NCBI GenBank assembly: GCA_009692555.1
Contig: SHYY01000007.1
Location: 3,259-67,258 of the forward strand
Direction: 5' to 3'
DNA length: 64,000 nt
Origin: Myxococcales bacterium
Lineage (GTDB): Bacteria > Myxococcota_A > Polyangia > Palsa-1104 > SHYY01
In this document: in pieces, positions 49,292 through 61,550 of the stretch
Numbering within the stretch: position 1 is the first letter of the stretch
Layout: every line of letters begins with the position of its first letter
Translations under genes and position numbers: made by a program
Notes under the pieces: model-generated
What the model was told of the DNA's origin: nothing
Database searches by the model: none
The model's input: the letters and a program-made list of their open reading frames with translations, nothing else

Positions 49292-49475
49292 CCGGCCCGC
49301 CCTTTCCTCCGAAGCGGCGGAGGAGGTTCTTCATCCGGCGCGTCTCGGCGGTCTCATCGCGCGTGCGCTCCAGCGCCATCTGGAGCGCCTCCGAATCGGA
49401 GCGCGCCTTCAACTGCCGGCGCACCACGCGCAGCAGGGCCTCGTCGATTCGGGCCGACACCTGACGCTTGGGCAT
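49257..49475 (-). CDS. VapB-like antitoxin (RHH/AbrB-type DNA binder)
   Basis: MPKRQVSARIDEALL..SDSEALQMAL; it overlaps the 5' end of the PIN gene. Confidence 0.75.
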   Translation of the reverse strand: MPKRQVSARIDEALLRVVRRQLKARSDSEALQMALERTRDETAETRRMKNLLRRFGGKGGPDAFRSIDPRRS

Positions 49476-49482
49476 GTCATAC

Positions 49483-49511
49483 AAGTTAGGACGAAATGTC
49501 GGACACGTCAA
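49483..49511 (-). promoter_or_regulatory. sigma70 promoter TTGACG-17-TAACTT, 7 nt before the antitoxin ATG (probably leaderless)
   Basis: -35 at 49506-49511, -10 at 49483-49488 and ATG at 49475. No Shine-Dalgarno sequence. Confidence 0.6.
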
Positions 49512-49527
49512 TCGCGCCAGGCTTCTT

Positions 49528-49560
49528 GCGCAACGGGAACGGGAACGGCAACGGCGGCAA
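49528..49560. repeat. Short hexamer repeat (AACGGG/AACGGC)n
   Basis: gcaacgggaacgggaacggcaacggcggcaa. Confidence 0.75.
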
Positions 49561-50406
49561 TCAGCCCATTCGCCGAGCCGTGACGAGGTACTCGCGCGGG
49601 ATGCCTTGTAGGGTGCGCGGGGGCATCTCCTCGTCGGTGCGGCCGTACTGGACCGCCGCGTCGCCGCTCTGGAGGGCGCTTGCGCTCCAGCCGTAGAGGG
49701 CGAAGAGATCTTCGGGGGCGTCGCTGCCGAAGCGCCAGGGCGTGCCGAGGTGGGCCATGCGCTCGATCACCGGCCGGAGCGGCGGCATGGCCAGCGTCTG
49801 CTCGCCGAGCACATCGGCGCCGAGGCGGCTGCCGGGTGCGGCGAGGCCGGCGATGAGGTGGAGGACGTGATGGACCCGCTCGCGGCCGAGGTGGATCAGC
49901 AGGCCTTCGAGCAGCCACAGCGACGGTGAAGCGGAGTCGAATCCGGCCTCGCGGAGCGTGGCCGCGAAGGCTCCCGAGAGGTCCGCACCGACGGGGATGC
50001 GGGTGCAGGTCGGGTGGGCATTGGCGCGGTCGAGGAGCGCCTGCTTGGTCGCCAGGAGCGCCGGATCCTCCACCTCGAAGAGCCGCGTACCTTCGGGCCA
50101 GGCGACGCGAAAGGCCCGCGTGTCCATCCCCGGAGCGAGCAGCACCACCTGGCGCAAAGGCGGGAAATCGGCGAGCGCCGCGGTGGCGAAGTCGTCGAAG
50201 AAGCGGGCGCGGATCGCCAGCGGGTTGACCAGGGCGATCGCTTCGAGGCCGGCCGGATGGAGGGCGTCCAGCTCGCCCAGGAGCGTCGCGCCACCGTCGC
50301 CCGCGAGCACGCTGGCCAGCGGATCATCGAGCAGTCGATCGGGCCTTCCGTTTTCGCGGGCGCGCGCCGCGGCCACGCAGCGGGAGAGATTTTCGAGGGA
50401 GTTCAC
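49561..50406 (-). CDS. SAM-dependent methyltransferase, LCM/TIGR00027 family
   Basis: AAARARE..R.DRLLDDPLA, IRARFFDDF, QVVLLAPGMDTRAFR, FEVED and WLLEGLL. Confidence 0.9.
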   Translation of the reverse strand: MNSLENLSRCVAAARARENGRPDRLLDDPLASVLAGDGGATLLGELDALHPAGLEAIALVNPLAIRARFFDDFATAALADFPPLRQVVLLAPGMDTRAFRVAWPEGTRLFEVEDPALLATKQALLDRANAHPTCTRIPVGADLSGAFAATLREAGFDSASPSLWLLEGLLIHLGRERVHHVLHLIAGLAAPGSRLGADVLGEQTLAMPPLRPVIERMAHLGTPWRFGSDAPEDLFALYGWSASALQSGDAAVQYGRTDEEMPPRTLQGIPREYLVTARRMG

Positions 50407-50425
50407 GAGGCACTCTTAGCACGCT

Positions 50426-51796
50426 TCAACCGACGTAGAAACGCGTGCGAAACGCCATCACCTCGGGCGTGTAGCGCGACGACCACAGCGCGTTGATCGC
50501 CTGGTTCCACGACTGGAAGGCCCCGAGCTCGTGCTCGCGCCCACGCCACGCCGCGCTCGGGAGCACCGCCGTCGCCAGCGCGTAGTGGTCGCCCTCGCGC
50601 CGCCACCAGTCGGGGTGGGCCACCTCCGTCCCGTAGAGCTGCGCGTTGGTTGCCATCCGCGTCCAGGCCGGCGTCCCCGGCAGCATGAAGAACGTCTGAC
50701 ACGAGAGCCACCCGGCCATCGGACCGGGCGCGGCAGCGAGGCTCTCCAGCCACGCCTGCGTCTCGCGCACCGTCTCGGGGGCCTCGCCGGGGAAGTTGAA
50801 GACGATGTAGATGCCATGGTGGAGGCCGATCGCGTTGGCCTGCTCGAATGTCTCGCGCGCTCGCTCCAGGTAGGTGCGCGGCTGGGCGGCCTTCTGCATG
50901 CGCGCCGCCATCGTCTCGCTCGCCGTGTCGAGGCCGAAGTCGACCATGAAGTGACACCGCTTGAAGCGCTCCAGGATCTCCCGGGACATGATGTCGGCGC
51001 GCGTCTCGCACCAGAACAGCAGCGGCAGCGCGCGGCGCTCCACGCCGTCGAGGAAACCCTCGAGCCAGCGACGGTTCGCGCCGAACAGCGGATCGGAGAA
51101 GGCGATCACGCGCGGCGCGTGGGTCGCCACCAGACGTTCGAGGATGTCGAGCTGCGCCTCCACCGAGTAGCGCGAGTAGCTGGCGCCGCGCTCCGGCTCG
51201 ACGCAGAAGTGGCACTGGAAGGCGCACCCGCGGCTGGTGCCGACCCACAGTGCGCCCGCCCGCTCACCCTTGCGGCCGTAGTTCGCCCAGTCGATGCCGT
51301 CGGGGTTCGACTGATCGAACACGCCCCCCTCGATGATCTGCATCGCCGCGGGCCGCGCCGGCCACTCACTGCACAGGCGGCGCAGGGGGGCCTCGCCGTC
51401 GTTGCGGACCAGCCAGTCGCAGGTGGCGTGATCGAAGTCGCCCGGCATCGCCGTGGCGTGATGCCCGCCGACGACGATCGGGACGTCGCCGAGAAGCTCG
51501 CGCACGCGCCGCGCCACCGCGATCGCGCCGAGGTAGTGCAGGCTGGTCCAGCACGAGATGCCGACCAGCCCGATCTCCTTGGCGCCGCCGAGCGCGGCGA
51601 CCGCTTCGTCGACCGCCGCGAGCAGTCCGCCGAGCGCCTCGCCAGCGACGAGATCGAGCTCCAGCGTGTGGACCCGGGCGAGGTCGCGGACGTGGCCGGC
51701 GAGGCTGGCGAGGTGCGGCTTGTTGGCGATCCGGTTGGCCCACCAGCGCTGCCCGAACAGCACCGGCGGCGAGATCAGCAGCAGCGTCTTTGGCAT
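50426..51796 (-). CDS. Cobalamin-binding radical SAM enzyme
   Basis: LVGISCWTS, IVVGGHHAT (B12 domain), TSRGCAFQCHFC (CxxxCxxC) and FSDPLFG. Confidence 0.92.
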   Translation of the reverse strand: MPKTLLLISPPVLFGQRWWANRIANKPHLASLAGHVRDLARVHTLELDLVAGEALGGLLAAVDEAVAALGGAKEIGLVGISCWTSLHYLGAIAVARRVRELLGDVPIVVGGHHATAMPGDFDHATCDWLVRNDGEAPLRRLCSEWPARPAAMQIIEGGVFDQSNPDGIDWANYGRKGERAGALWVGTSRGCAFQCHFCVEPERGASYSRYSVEAQLDILERLVATHAPRVIAFSDPLFGANRRWLEGFLDGVERRALPLLFWCETRADIMSREILERFKRCHFMVDFGLDTASETMAARMQKAAQPRTYLERARETFEQANAIGLHHGIYIVFNFPGEAPETVRETQAWLESLAAAPGPMAGWLSCQTFFMLPGTPAWTRMATNAQLYGTEVAHPDWWRREGDHYALATAVLPSAAWRGREHELGAFQSWNQAINALWSSRYTPEVMAFRTRFYVG

Positions 51797-51821
51797 CGTC
51801 GTCGATCGCAATCTGGCAGAG

Positions 51822-53893
51822 TCATCGCAGGGGCAGGTCAATCGCCGCCGGGCAGCGGTAGGCGACGTCGAAGGCCTTCAGCGTCGGGGTGACCTCGTCG
51901 GCCGACGCGTCGAGACGGACTCTGACCTGGAGATGCAGCGCCGGCTGATCGTTCGGGTGGAGCTGTGCCGCGCCCTGGAGGTCGAGCGGGCTGCCCACGG
52001 AATCGGGCGTCCAGGGTCCCCACTCCGGGTTTGGCGCGGGCGGGCGCCCACTGCGCGCACTGACGGCAAGCGAAGAATTCGCCGGCACATCGCCCTCCAG
52101 GCGCACCGCGTACCACCTGGTGACGCCGGGACAGCCGTCGAGGAGGTAGTCGTACGAAGCGCGTCGCAGGCAGGACTTGGGGAAAAGATCCCGGAAATCG
52201 GAGAAGCCGGCGCTGCCGGGCTCGCTCTTCGGCGAATCCTTGAGCAGGCAGCGGGAGCCGGCCGGACACCGGTCTGCGCCCTTCGGGGGCGAGATCAGAT
52301 CGGGCGGCGTCATGTTGCCCATCCCATCCACCTTGGTCTTGATGATCGCCGAGGGTGCCGCGCTGACGGTCAGGACGTCGGCGCCCAGGCTCCGGCCCAC
52401 GCCTACAGCGACGGGCGAGAAGCCGGGAAAATGGATCGCGGGGAGCGCCGTGCCGCCCTGGGTCTGGTCCATCATCGCGAGCGGGAGATCCGAGCCCGGG
52501 AGCCGGACGAGCCAGCCATCCGAGGTGACCAGCCAGGCGAACCAGGTCGCTGGGCCGCGCGAATCCAGCGCGATGCCCCGTGCGGAACCCGCTGCGCCCG
52601 CGTTCTTTCCGGCCTGCGTGATCTGCGTCCACCACCCGTTGCCGACCTCGATCCTTTCGACCGATCGGGGGTGTAGCGCCAGGCAGTCGGCCCATCGATC
52701 CCAGCCATCCCCGCGATCCACACGTTCTGATCGCGGTCGAGGGCGATCGAGCCCGGCTTCACCGAGCCGCCCTTGGGCGCGCGCGCCTGGCCACCGGCGC
52801 TCTTCCTGATATCGAAGAAGCACAGGGGCCCGCCACCGTCGGTGGCTGCCCAGAGGACGTCCGACCTGTCAACCACCACTTCGTGCGGGTGGCAACCGTC
52901 GGCGAGCTTCTCCTCGGATTTCAGCCTGCCGGTCGCGCCGTCGATGCGGAGCAACTTTCCGTTCCCGGGCTGGGCGAGCCAGGGATCGGAGGGGCCGAAG
53001 TCCACGGGGCCGGGGCCGAGGGCGAGGCCGCGCGGCTCGCCCTTCGGATCGCCGACGTTCACGGTCAGGATCACGCACTCGTCGTCGAGGCCGAAGAACT
53101 CCTGGGCCTTGCCGTTTTTGCACGGCTTGGCCTTCACCGACGCGATGTCATCGGGCTGGCCGTCGCCGTTGCAGTCGGTGGCGATGAGCCCATCCCCGTC
53201 GACGTCGGAGGAGGTGTCGAGCTTCTTGTCGGCGTTGCGATCCACGCAGGCGAAGGGGTGGCTCGCGAACTTCGTGACCGACGCCTGGCTGCCGGGGGCG
53301 CGATTGGCGACCCACGCCATTCCATTGAAATCGATGCTGGTGCGCGAGGGCGAGGTGCCGGCGAGCTGAACGGGCTGGCGCGGTGGCTCCGGCTGCTTCA
53401 GCCCGCGTGCGAGGAAGCGGGGCTGGTCGTCGATGGCACAGCAGCCGCTCTGGCCATCGCACGGCTGGGTGCTTCCCGACGGCAACGAGCCGCAGGTGAC
53501 CGTGAAGTAGCGCGCCAGCTCCCGCTGGGACCGGTAGTTGAACTTGCTGACGGTGCCACGCCCCCAGTCGTCGGCGTTGGCGATGAAGGCAATCTCGTAC
53601 GAGTAGCAGGCGTTGGGGGGAATCTGCAGGTCACCGGCCAGATTGCGCACCGCCCCCTCGTTGTATGCGCGCGGGCCCTGGTCCGCCTCCAGCGGGAACG
53701 GCTTGCCACGCGCCGGGCCCAGGCCGAAGACCTTGCAGCCGGGTTCACAATCGCCGCAGGGGTTCGGTTCGTCGCACGGCGGTGGCTGGGCCAGGTCGTC
53801 CGGCGCGGCGGCATCGACGGGGGCTCCGGCATCGAGGGGCGTCTCCCGGTGGCAGCCCAGGACGCAGGCCAGCGCGATGACGGCCGCTCGCAT
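51822..53893 (-). pseudogene. Frameshifted secreted lipoprotein with DxDxDG calcium-binding-like repeats and Vgb/NHL-like propeller blades
   Basis: Lipobox ALACVLGC, SPSRTSIDFNG.AWVANR and SSDVDGDG..DCNGDG. Coding switches frame near 52651 (YTPDRSKG | EVGNGWWTQ). Confidence 0.7.
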
Positions 53894-53951
53894 CCCCGGA
53901 CGGTAACACGGCGTTTGACAGCGAGCGCGCAGGCGGTGCCTGCTGTCGCTC

Positions 53952-54731
53952 ATGGACGACGACGACGACTTCGGAGCCTTCTTCGCCGCGCACGGCTGGG
54001 CCGTCGTGCAGGGCGTGGTTTCGGCCGAGGGGATCGCCGAGCTCACCGCCGCCTTCGACGAGGTGCTTCCCCCGTCGCTGTACGCAGTCCCGGCGCCGAA
54101 CTCGCCGGTGCTCGAGGTGATCGCCGCATCGCGCGCCCACGCGGCGATCGCGCGCCACGTCCACTACCCCGAGATCGCGCGCTTCGTCGCCCGCGCGCTC
54201 GGCTGCCGGCGCGTGCAGCTGCTGCAGGACACCGTGCTCCTCAAGCCGCCGCACAACGGCGGGCGCGTCGAGTGGCACCAGGATCATACCTACACCGGCT
54301 TTCTCGAACCCGCCGCGACCGTGTCGGTGCGCCTCGCGCTCACCGACGACACCGTCGACAGCGGCTGCATGAACGTGCTCGACGGCAGCCACCGCTGGGG
54401 CCACATCGGCGAGACGCGCATCCTCAACGCCGGGAGTGTCACCGACACGCTCGGCCTGCTCACCGCCCCGTGGGCGGAGCGGGCCCGCGCCGCCACCCGA
54501 TCGCTCGAGCTGCGCGCCGGCGACATCAGCCTGCATCACTGCCTCACCTTCCACGGCAGCCTCGAAAACCACAGCCAGCAGCCGCGCAAGACGCTGATCG
54601 CACGGCTCTTCGACGGCGCCTGCACGCTGATCCCGTCGCGCCTCCCGGCCGCCCTCGCCGGGCACTTCCCCACCAATGGCGACGGCCACCTCGCGCAGAG
54701 CGCGTTCCCGATCGTCTTCCAGCGCGACTGA
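53952..54731 (+). CDS. Phytanoyl-CoA dioxygenase (PhyH) family 2OG/Fe(II) oxygenase
   Basis: LLKPP, WHQD, LALTDDTVDSGCMNVLDGSHRWG and HHCLTFHGS..N....RK. Confidence 0.92.
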   Translation: MDDDDDFGAFFAAHGWAVVQGVVSAEGIAELTAAFDEVLPPSLYAVPAPNSPVLEVIAASRAHAAIARHVHYPEIARFVARALGCRRVQLLQDTVLLKPPHNGGRVEWHQDHTYTGFLEPAATVSVRLALTDDTVDSGCMNVLDGSHRWGHIGETRILNAGSVTDTLGLLTAPWAERARAATRSLELRAGDISLHHCLTFHGSLENHSQQPRKTLIARLFDGACTLIPSRLPAALAGHFPTNGDGHLAQSAFPIVFQRD

Positions 54732-54759
54732 GCCGGGCGCTCGTGGTAGGGTTCGCACC

Positions 54760-55134
54760 ATGAGCAAGAACTTTTGGTTCAGCGCGTTCATGGCCGTGAG
54801 CACCGTCGCTGAGGCGGGCGGGGCGCCGGTGGAGGCGAGCTTCGTCAAGGTCGACGCCGACCGCGAGGTGCTGGTCTACAAGGTGAAGATCAACACCGAC
54901 AAGCCGCTCAAGCAGGTCGACATGAAGTTCCACTACCTCGACGCGGACGGCAAGGAGCTCTCGGCGGCGCCCTTCTCCTGGCAGAACAACATCAAGGGGA
55001 AGATCGAGCCGATCCAGAAGGGCAGGAGCTACGAGAATGCCGACCCGACGCTGCCGGAGCACACCGCGAAGTGCACGATCGATATCACGATGATCCACTT
55101 CGTCGATGGCTCGAAGTGGACCCCCGGCAAGTGA
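54760..55134 (+). CDS. Small hypothetical protein (Ig-like beta-sandwich appearance)
   Basis: Strong coding-type codon bias and a C-terminal IHFVDGSKW motif. Confidence 0.65.
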   Translation: MSKNFWFSAFMAVSTVAEAGGAPVEASFVKVDADREVLVYKVKINTDKPLKQVDMKFHYLDADGKELSAAPFSWQNNIKGKIEPIQKGRSYENADPTLPEHTAKCTIDITMIHFVDGSKWTPGK

Positions 55135-56885
55135 TCTGACCGGGCCCCGCCGCGTGGCCGCTTCCGCCAAGGCAGTCCACGCGGCGCTCGCGGCGTGGCG
55201 CCGGGCGCTCGGCACCGAGAATGTGCTCACCGACGGTGACGTCCTCGGGCGCGCCGCCACCGCGACCTTTCCCACCACCCAGAAGGTCATCGCCATCCTC
55301 CGGCCGGCGCGCCGCGAGGAGGTGCAGCAGTGCCTCCGGATCGCGCAGCGCCACGGCACGCCGGTCTATCCGGTGAGCGGAGGGCGCAACTGGGGCTACG
55401 GCTCGCGCGTCCCGCCCGAAGGCGGCTGCGCGATCCTCGACCTGGCGCGCCTCGACGGGATCCGCGACTTCGATGAGCGGCTCGGCCATGTCACCGTCGA
55501 GCCGGGGGTCACCTTCGGGAAGCTGTTCGCGTTCCTGCAGGCGCGGACGGCGCGGCTGTTCCTGAGCGTGCCGGGGAGCGGCCCCGAGGCGAGCGTGATC
55601 GGCAACGCCGTCGAGCGCGGCGACGCCACCGGGCCGCAGGGCGATCGCTTCGCCCATGTGTGCGGCCTGGAGGTGGTGCTGCCGACGGGGGAGCTGGTGC
55701 ACACCGGGTTCGCGCGCTTCGACGGGGCGCGCGCGGCCCGGGTGGCGCGCTGGGGCGTCGGGCCGTCGCTGGACGGGTTGTTCTCGCAATCGAACCTCGG
55801 CGTGGTCACGGCGATGACGGTCTGGCTCACGCCGCGGCCGGGCCACTTCGAGCTGGCCTTTCTGGCGATCACCGACGGGGAGAAGCTGCCCGCGCTCGTG
55901 GATGCATTGCAGCAATTGCGGATGGAGGGAACGATCCGCGGCACGTTTGCGCTGTGGAACGACTACAAGGCGCTGTCGCTTTGCGGAGGCTACCCGTGGG
56001 AGGCGGCGGGGGGAGTGACGCCGCTCCCCGAGGCGCTGCTCGAACGGACGCGGGCGGAGACCGGGTTCGGACGCTGGAACGGGACGATCGGGCTGTACGC
56101 CGCCAGCCGTGCCCAGGGGCTCGCGGACCGGGCGCGCGTCGAGGAGGTGCTCCTTTCGCGCGTGGATGTTCTGGCCTGGGATGACCGGGCGCCGGGAGTG
56201 GCGTGGGAGGATCTCGACGCGAGGGGGCCGGGGCTCGGGGTGCCGCACGAGCGCAGCGTGGCGGGGATGTACTGGCGGAAGCGCCAGGGGGCGACGGCGA
56301 CGGAACCGGCGACGGCGACGCTAACTTCCTTTACCGCGTCAGCGGAGTTGTCTCGGCGGGAGCCGAGGGCGACGGAAACGGAAACGGAAACGGCGACGGC
56401 GCGTGGGACCCTCACCCCGACCCTCTCCCGCACGCGGGAGAGGGAGACGGAGGGGGCGATCGATCCCGAGCGGGATGGTTGTGGCTACTTGTGGTGTACG
56501 CCCGCCGTGCCGTTTGTTGGCGGCGAGGTCGATTCGGTGCTGGCGCTGTGCGAGGAGGCGATCGGTGGGGCGGGCTTCGAGCCGCAGATTGCGGTCGTGT
56601 TCGCCAGCGAGCGCCTGGCCCTGGTGTGCGCGGCGATCGTCTGGGACCGTGCGGCCGAAGGCGACGATGCGCGGGCGATGGCCTGCCACGACGCGCTGCT
56701 CGCGCGCCTGATCGGCGGCGGCTACCTCCCCTTCCGGCTGGGCGTGCAGTCGATGGCCGCGCTGCCCGCCGGCAGCGACGACACCGCGGAATTGCTGCGT
56801 CGCATCAAAGCCCTCCTCGACCCGCGGGGCATCCTGGCGCCGGGGCGGTACGCTCCGTCCCCTGTGATAGAGTCCCCGCGCGACC

Positions 56886-56896
<11 letters not shown>
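55106..56896 (+). CDS. FAD-linked oxidase, vanillyl-alcohol oxidase/p-cresol methylhydroxylase family, carrying a 55-aa in-frame insertion
   Basis: YPVSGGRNWGYGS, VEPGVTF, SVIGNAVERG, CGLEVVLPTGE, GLFSQSNLGVVT and LDPRGILAPGRY. Confidence 0.9.
56286..56459. mobile_element. 165-bp in-frame insertion (hexamer repeats plus REP-like hairpin) bounded by 9-bp direct repeats
   Basis: AGGGGGCGA at 56286-56294 and 56451-56459; stem CCCTCTCCCGC-AC-GCGGGAGAGGG at 56421-56444. Confidence 0.75.
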
Positions 56897-59036
<2,140 letters not shown>

Positions 59037-59075
59037 CGTCCCCGACGAACGTTCACTTCGGAGCCAGGCAGTCCC

Positions 59076-60302
59076 ATGTTCGCCCTGATCCGGATCGCGC
59101 TCCGCAACGTCACGCGCAACCGGCGGCGCTCGCTGATCACCCTCTCGGCGGTGTTCCTCGCGCTGACGGTGATGGTGGGCGTACGCGGGCTCCTGAACGG
59201 CCTCCAGGCGACGATCCGCGAGGGCGTGGTCTACGGGCAGACCGGCGCGGTCCAGGTCCATCGCAAGGGCTTCCTGAAGGCGATGCAGGGCGCGCCGCTC
59301 GACCTCGACCTGCCAGCCGACGAGGCGTTCCTCGGGAAGATCCGCGCGGTGCCCCATGTGACAGCGGTGGCGGCGCGCATCCCCTTCGGCGGGATGGTCA
59401 ACCACGGCGATCAGACGGTGTTCTCGCTCTTCACGGCGCTCGATCCGGTCGCCGAATCCAAGGTGTGCCCGCAGCGCTACGAGCGCGTGAAAGTGGGGCG
59501 CCCGCTCGATCCCGCCGATCCCACCGGTGGTGATTTCACGACGCCGCTCCTCTCGCGCCTCGGGGTGAAGGTCGGCGATGGCGTGGCGATCCTGACCAAC
59601 GATCGCGACGGCGTGCTGAACGCGGTCGACATGAAGGTGATCGGCTCCTTCCCCGAGCCGGGGCTGTTCGCCGCGGACAAGAAGGTCGGCTTCATCCCGC
59701 TGCCGCTCGCCCAGGAGCTGCTCCGGATGCCCGGACGCGCCACCGAGGTGGCGATCGCCGTCGACCCCCTCGACCGGATCGACGAAGTGGTGGCCGCGCT
59801 CCGGCCGGTGGTGGGCCCGGAGTACGAGGTCTCCTCGTGGCACGACGTCGCCGGATACGTCGACGAGATCGTGAAGAACCAGAATCTGGTGCTCAACCTG
59901 ATCTCCAACATTTTCCTCTTCATGGCGCTCCTCGGGATCCTGAACACGATGTTGATGAGCGTGCGCGAGCGCACGCGGGAGATCGGGACGATGATGGCGG
60001 TCGGCGTGCGTCGCCGGCAGATCCTGGCGCTCTTCCTGCTCGAGGCGTCGCTGCTCGGCCTCGTCGGTGGGGCGCTCGGGCTCGCCGCCGGCTACGGGAT
60101 CATCCACCACTATGCCGGGGAGGGGATCGTGATGCGCGCCGTCGGGTCGACCACCGACATCGTGATCCACCCGTTCATCACCGCGCCGTTCGTCGCGCGA
60201 ACGTTCGTCGTCTCGATCGTCGGAGCGGCCGTCGCCGCGCTCCTCCCCTCCTTCTTCGCCAGCCGGCTGCGCCCGGTCGAGGCGCTCGGCAGCGTCGCGT
60301 GA
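59076..60302 (+). CDS. FtsX/LolC-E-like ABC transporter permease
   Basis: IALRNVTRNRRRSLIT and NTMLMSVRERTREIGTMMAVG. Confidence 0.92.
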   Translation: MFALIRIALRNVTRNRRRSLITLSAVFLALTVMVGVRGLLNGLQATIREGVVYGQTGAVQVHRKGFLKAMQGAPLDLDLPADEAFLGKIRAVPHVTAVAARIPFGGMVNHGDQTVFSLFTALDPVAESKVCPQRYERVKVGRPLDPADPTGGDFTTPLLSRLGVKVGDGVAILTNDRDGVLNAVDMKVIGSFPEPGLFAADKKVGFIPLPLAQELLRMPGRATEVAIAVDPLDRIDEVVAALRPVVGPEYEVSSWHDVAGYVDEIVKNQNLVLNLISNIFLFMALLGILNTMLMSVRERTREIGTMMAVGVRRRQILALFLLEASLLGLVGGALGLAAGYGIIHHYAGEGIVMRAVGSTTDIVIHPFITAPFVARTFVVSIVGAAVAALLPSFFASRLRPVEALGSVA

Positions 60303-60312
60303 GGAGCGCCCG

Positions 60313-61527
60313 ATGACCCTTCTCAAAGTCGCGCTCCGCAACGTGGTCCGCAACAAGTGGCGGAGCGCCATCTCCGCGGTGGCGATCCTCGTCGGTGTCG
60401 GCGTGGTGGTGTTCGTCCAGGGGTTCACCAACGGCTTCCTGAAGAACGTGGTGGAGGACGCGGTGCTGGCCAAGGTCGGCGCGATCCAGGTGCACCGGAA
60501 GGGCTACCTCGACGCCGAGAAGGATCAGCTCAAGCTCGACATGCCGGACGACCCGGCGATCGTCGCCAAGCTCTCCGCCATCCCGGGCGTGACCGCCGTG
60601 ACCCGCCGAATCGCCTTCGAGGGGATGATCGGCAACGGCAGCGTCTCGAGCGTGTTCATGGCGACGGCGATCGATCCGAGGACCGAGTACGCGGTGTGCC
60701 CGAAGCGGCGCGAATCGGTGGCGGCCGGATCGTCGCCGCTCGACGAGAAATCGGAGAACGGCGCGCTCCTCGGGGCGCAGCTGGTGGAGGCGATGGAGGC
60801 GAAGCCGGGTGCCACGCTGACCATGCTCTCGGCGAGCCAGGGCGGCGCCTCGAACGCGCTCGACGTGACGGTTCGCGGCTTCCTCCCGTCCCGCTTCATC
60901 ATCGAGAGCAAGCGCATGGCCACCGTCGGTCTGCCGTTCGCGCAGGAGCTCCTCAGGATGAACGGGCGAGTGACGGAATATGTCATTCAGGTCGAGGATC
61001 TCGAGCGCGCCGACGAGGTGGCGGAGCGGGTGCGCGCGGCGATGGGCGAGGACTACGAGGTCCACGGGTGGCGCCAGCTCTCGCCGATGGTGCGCGACCT
61101 GCTGATCCGGCTGCGGATCGTGCTGGTGTCGGTGGCGGTGATCCTCTTCCTGCTGGTGGTCAGCGGGATCGTCAACACCATGCTGATGAACGTCTACGAG
61201 CGGGTGCGGGAGATCGGGACGATGCTGGCGATCGGGACGCGGCAGCGCCAGGTTGTGTCGCTGTTCCTTATCGAGGCGCTGACCCTCGGCCTGGTCGGCG
61301 CAACTCTCGGGGCGGCGATCGGCTGGGGCGTGGTGGCGTGGATGGGGAAGACCGGGCTGACGATGCGCCCGCCGGGGGGCGATCCGAATCACTACTTCCC
61401 ATCGGTGGAGCCGTCGTTCGTGGCCGGGGCGGTCGGGCTGGCGGTGCTCGGGACGCTGGTCGCTGCGCTCTACCCGGCGTGGAAGGCGTCGCGCATGCGC
61501 CCGGTCGATGCGCTGCGGGCGATCTGA
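60313..61527 (+). CDS. FtsX/LolC-E-like ABC transporter permease (second subunit)
   Basis: VALRNVVRNKWRS, NTMLMNVYERVREIGTMLAIG and YPAWKASRMRPVDALR. Confidence 0.92.
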   Translation: MTLLKVALRNVVRNKWRSAISAVAILVGVGVVVFVQGFTNGFLKNVVEDAVLAKVGAIQVHRKGYLDAEKDQLKLDMPDDPAIVAKLSAIPGVTAVTRRIAFEGMIGNGSVSSVFMATAIDPRTEYAVCPKRRESVAAGSSPLDEKSENGALLGAQLVEAMEAKPGATLTMLSASQGGASNALDVTVRGFLPSRFIIESKRMATVGLPFAQELLRMNGRVTEYVIQVEDLERADEVAERVRAAMGEDYEVHGWRQLSPMVRDLLIRLRIVLVSVAVILFLLVVSGIVNTMLMNVYERVREIGTMLAIGTRQRQVVSLFLIEALTLGLVGATLGAAIGWGVVAWMGKTGLTMRPPGGDPNHYFPSVEPSFVAGAVGLAVLGTLVAALYPAWKASRMRPVDALRAI

Positions 61528-61550
61528 TGAACAACCTGATGGAGAATGCG

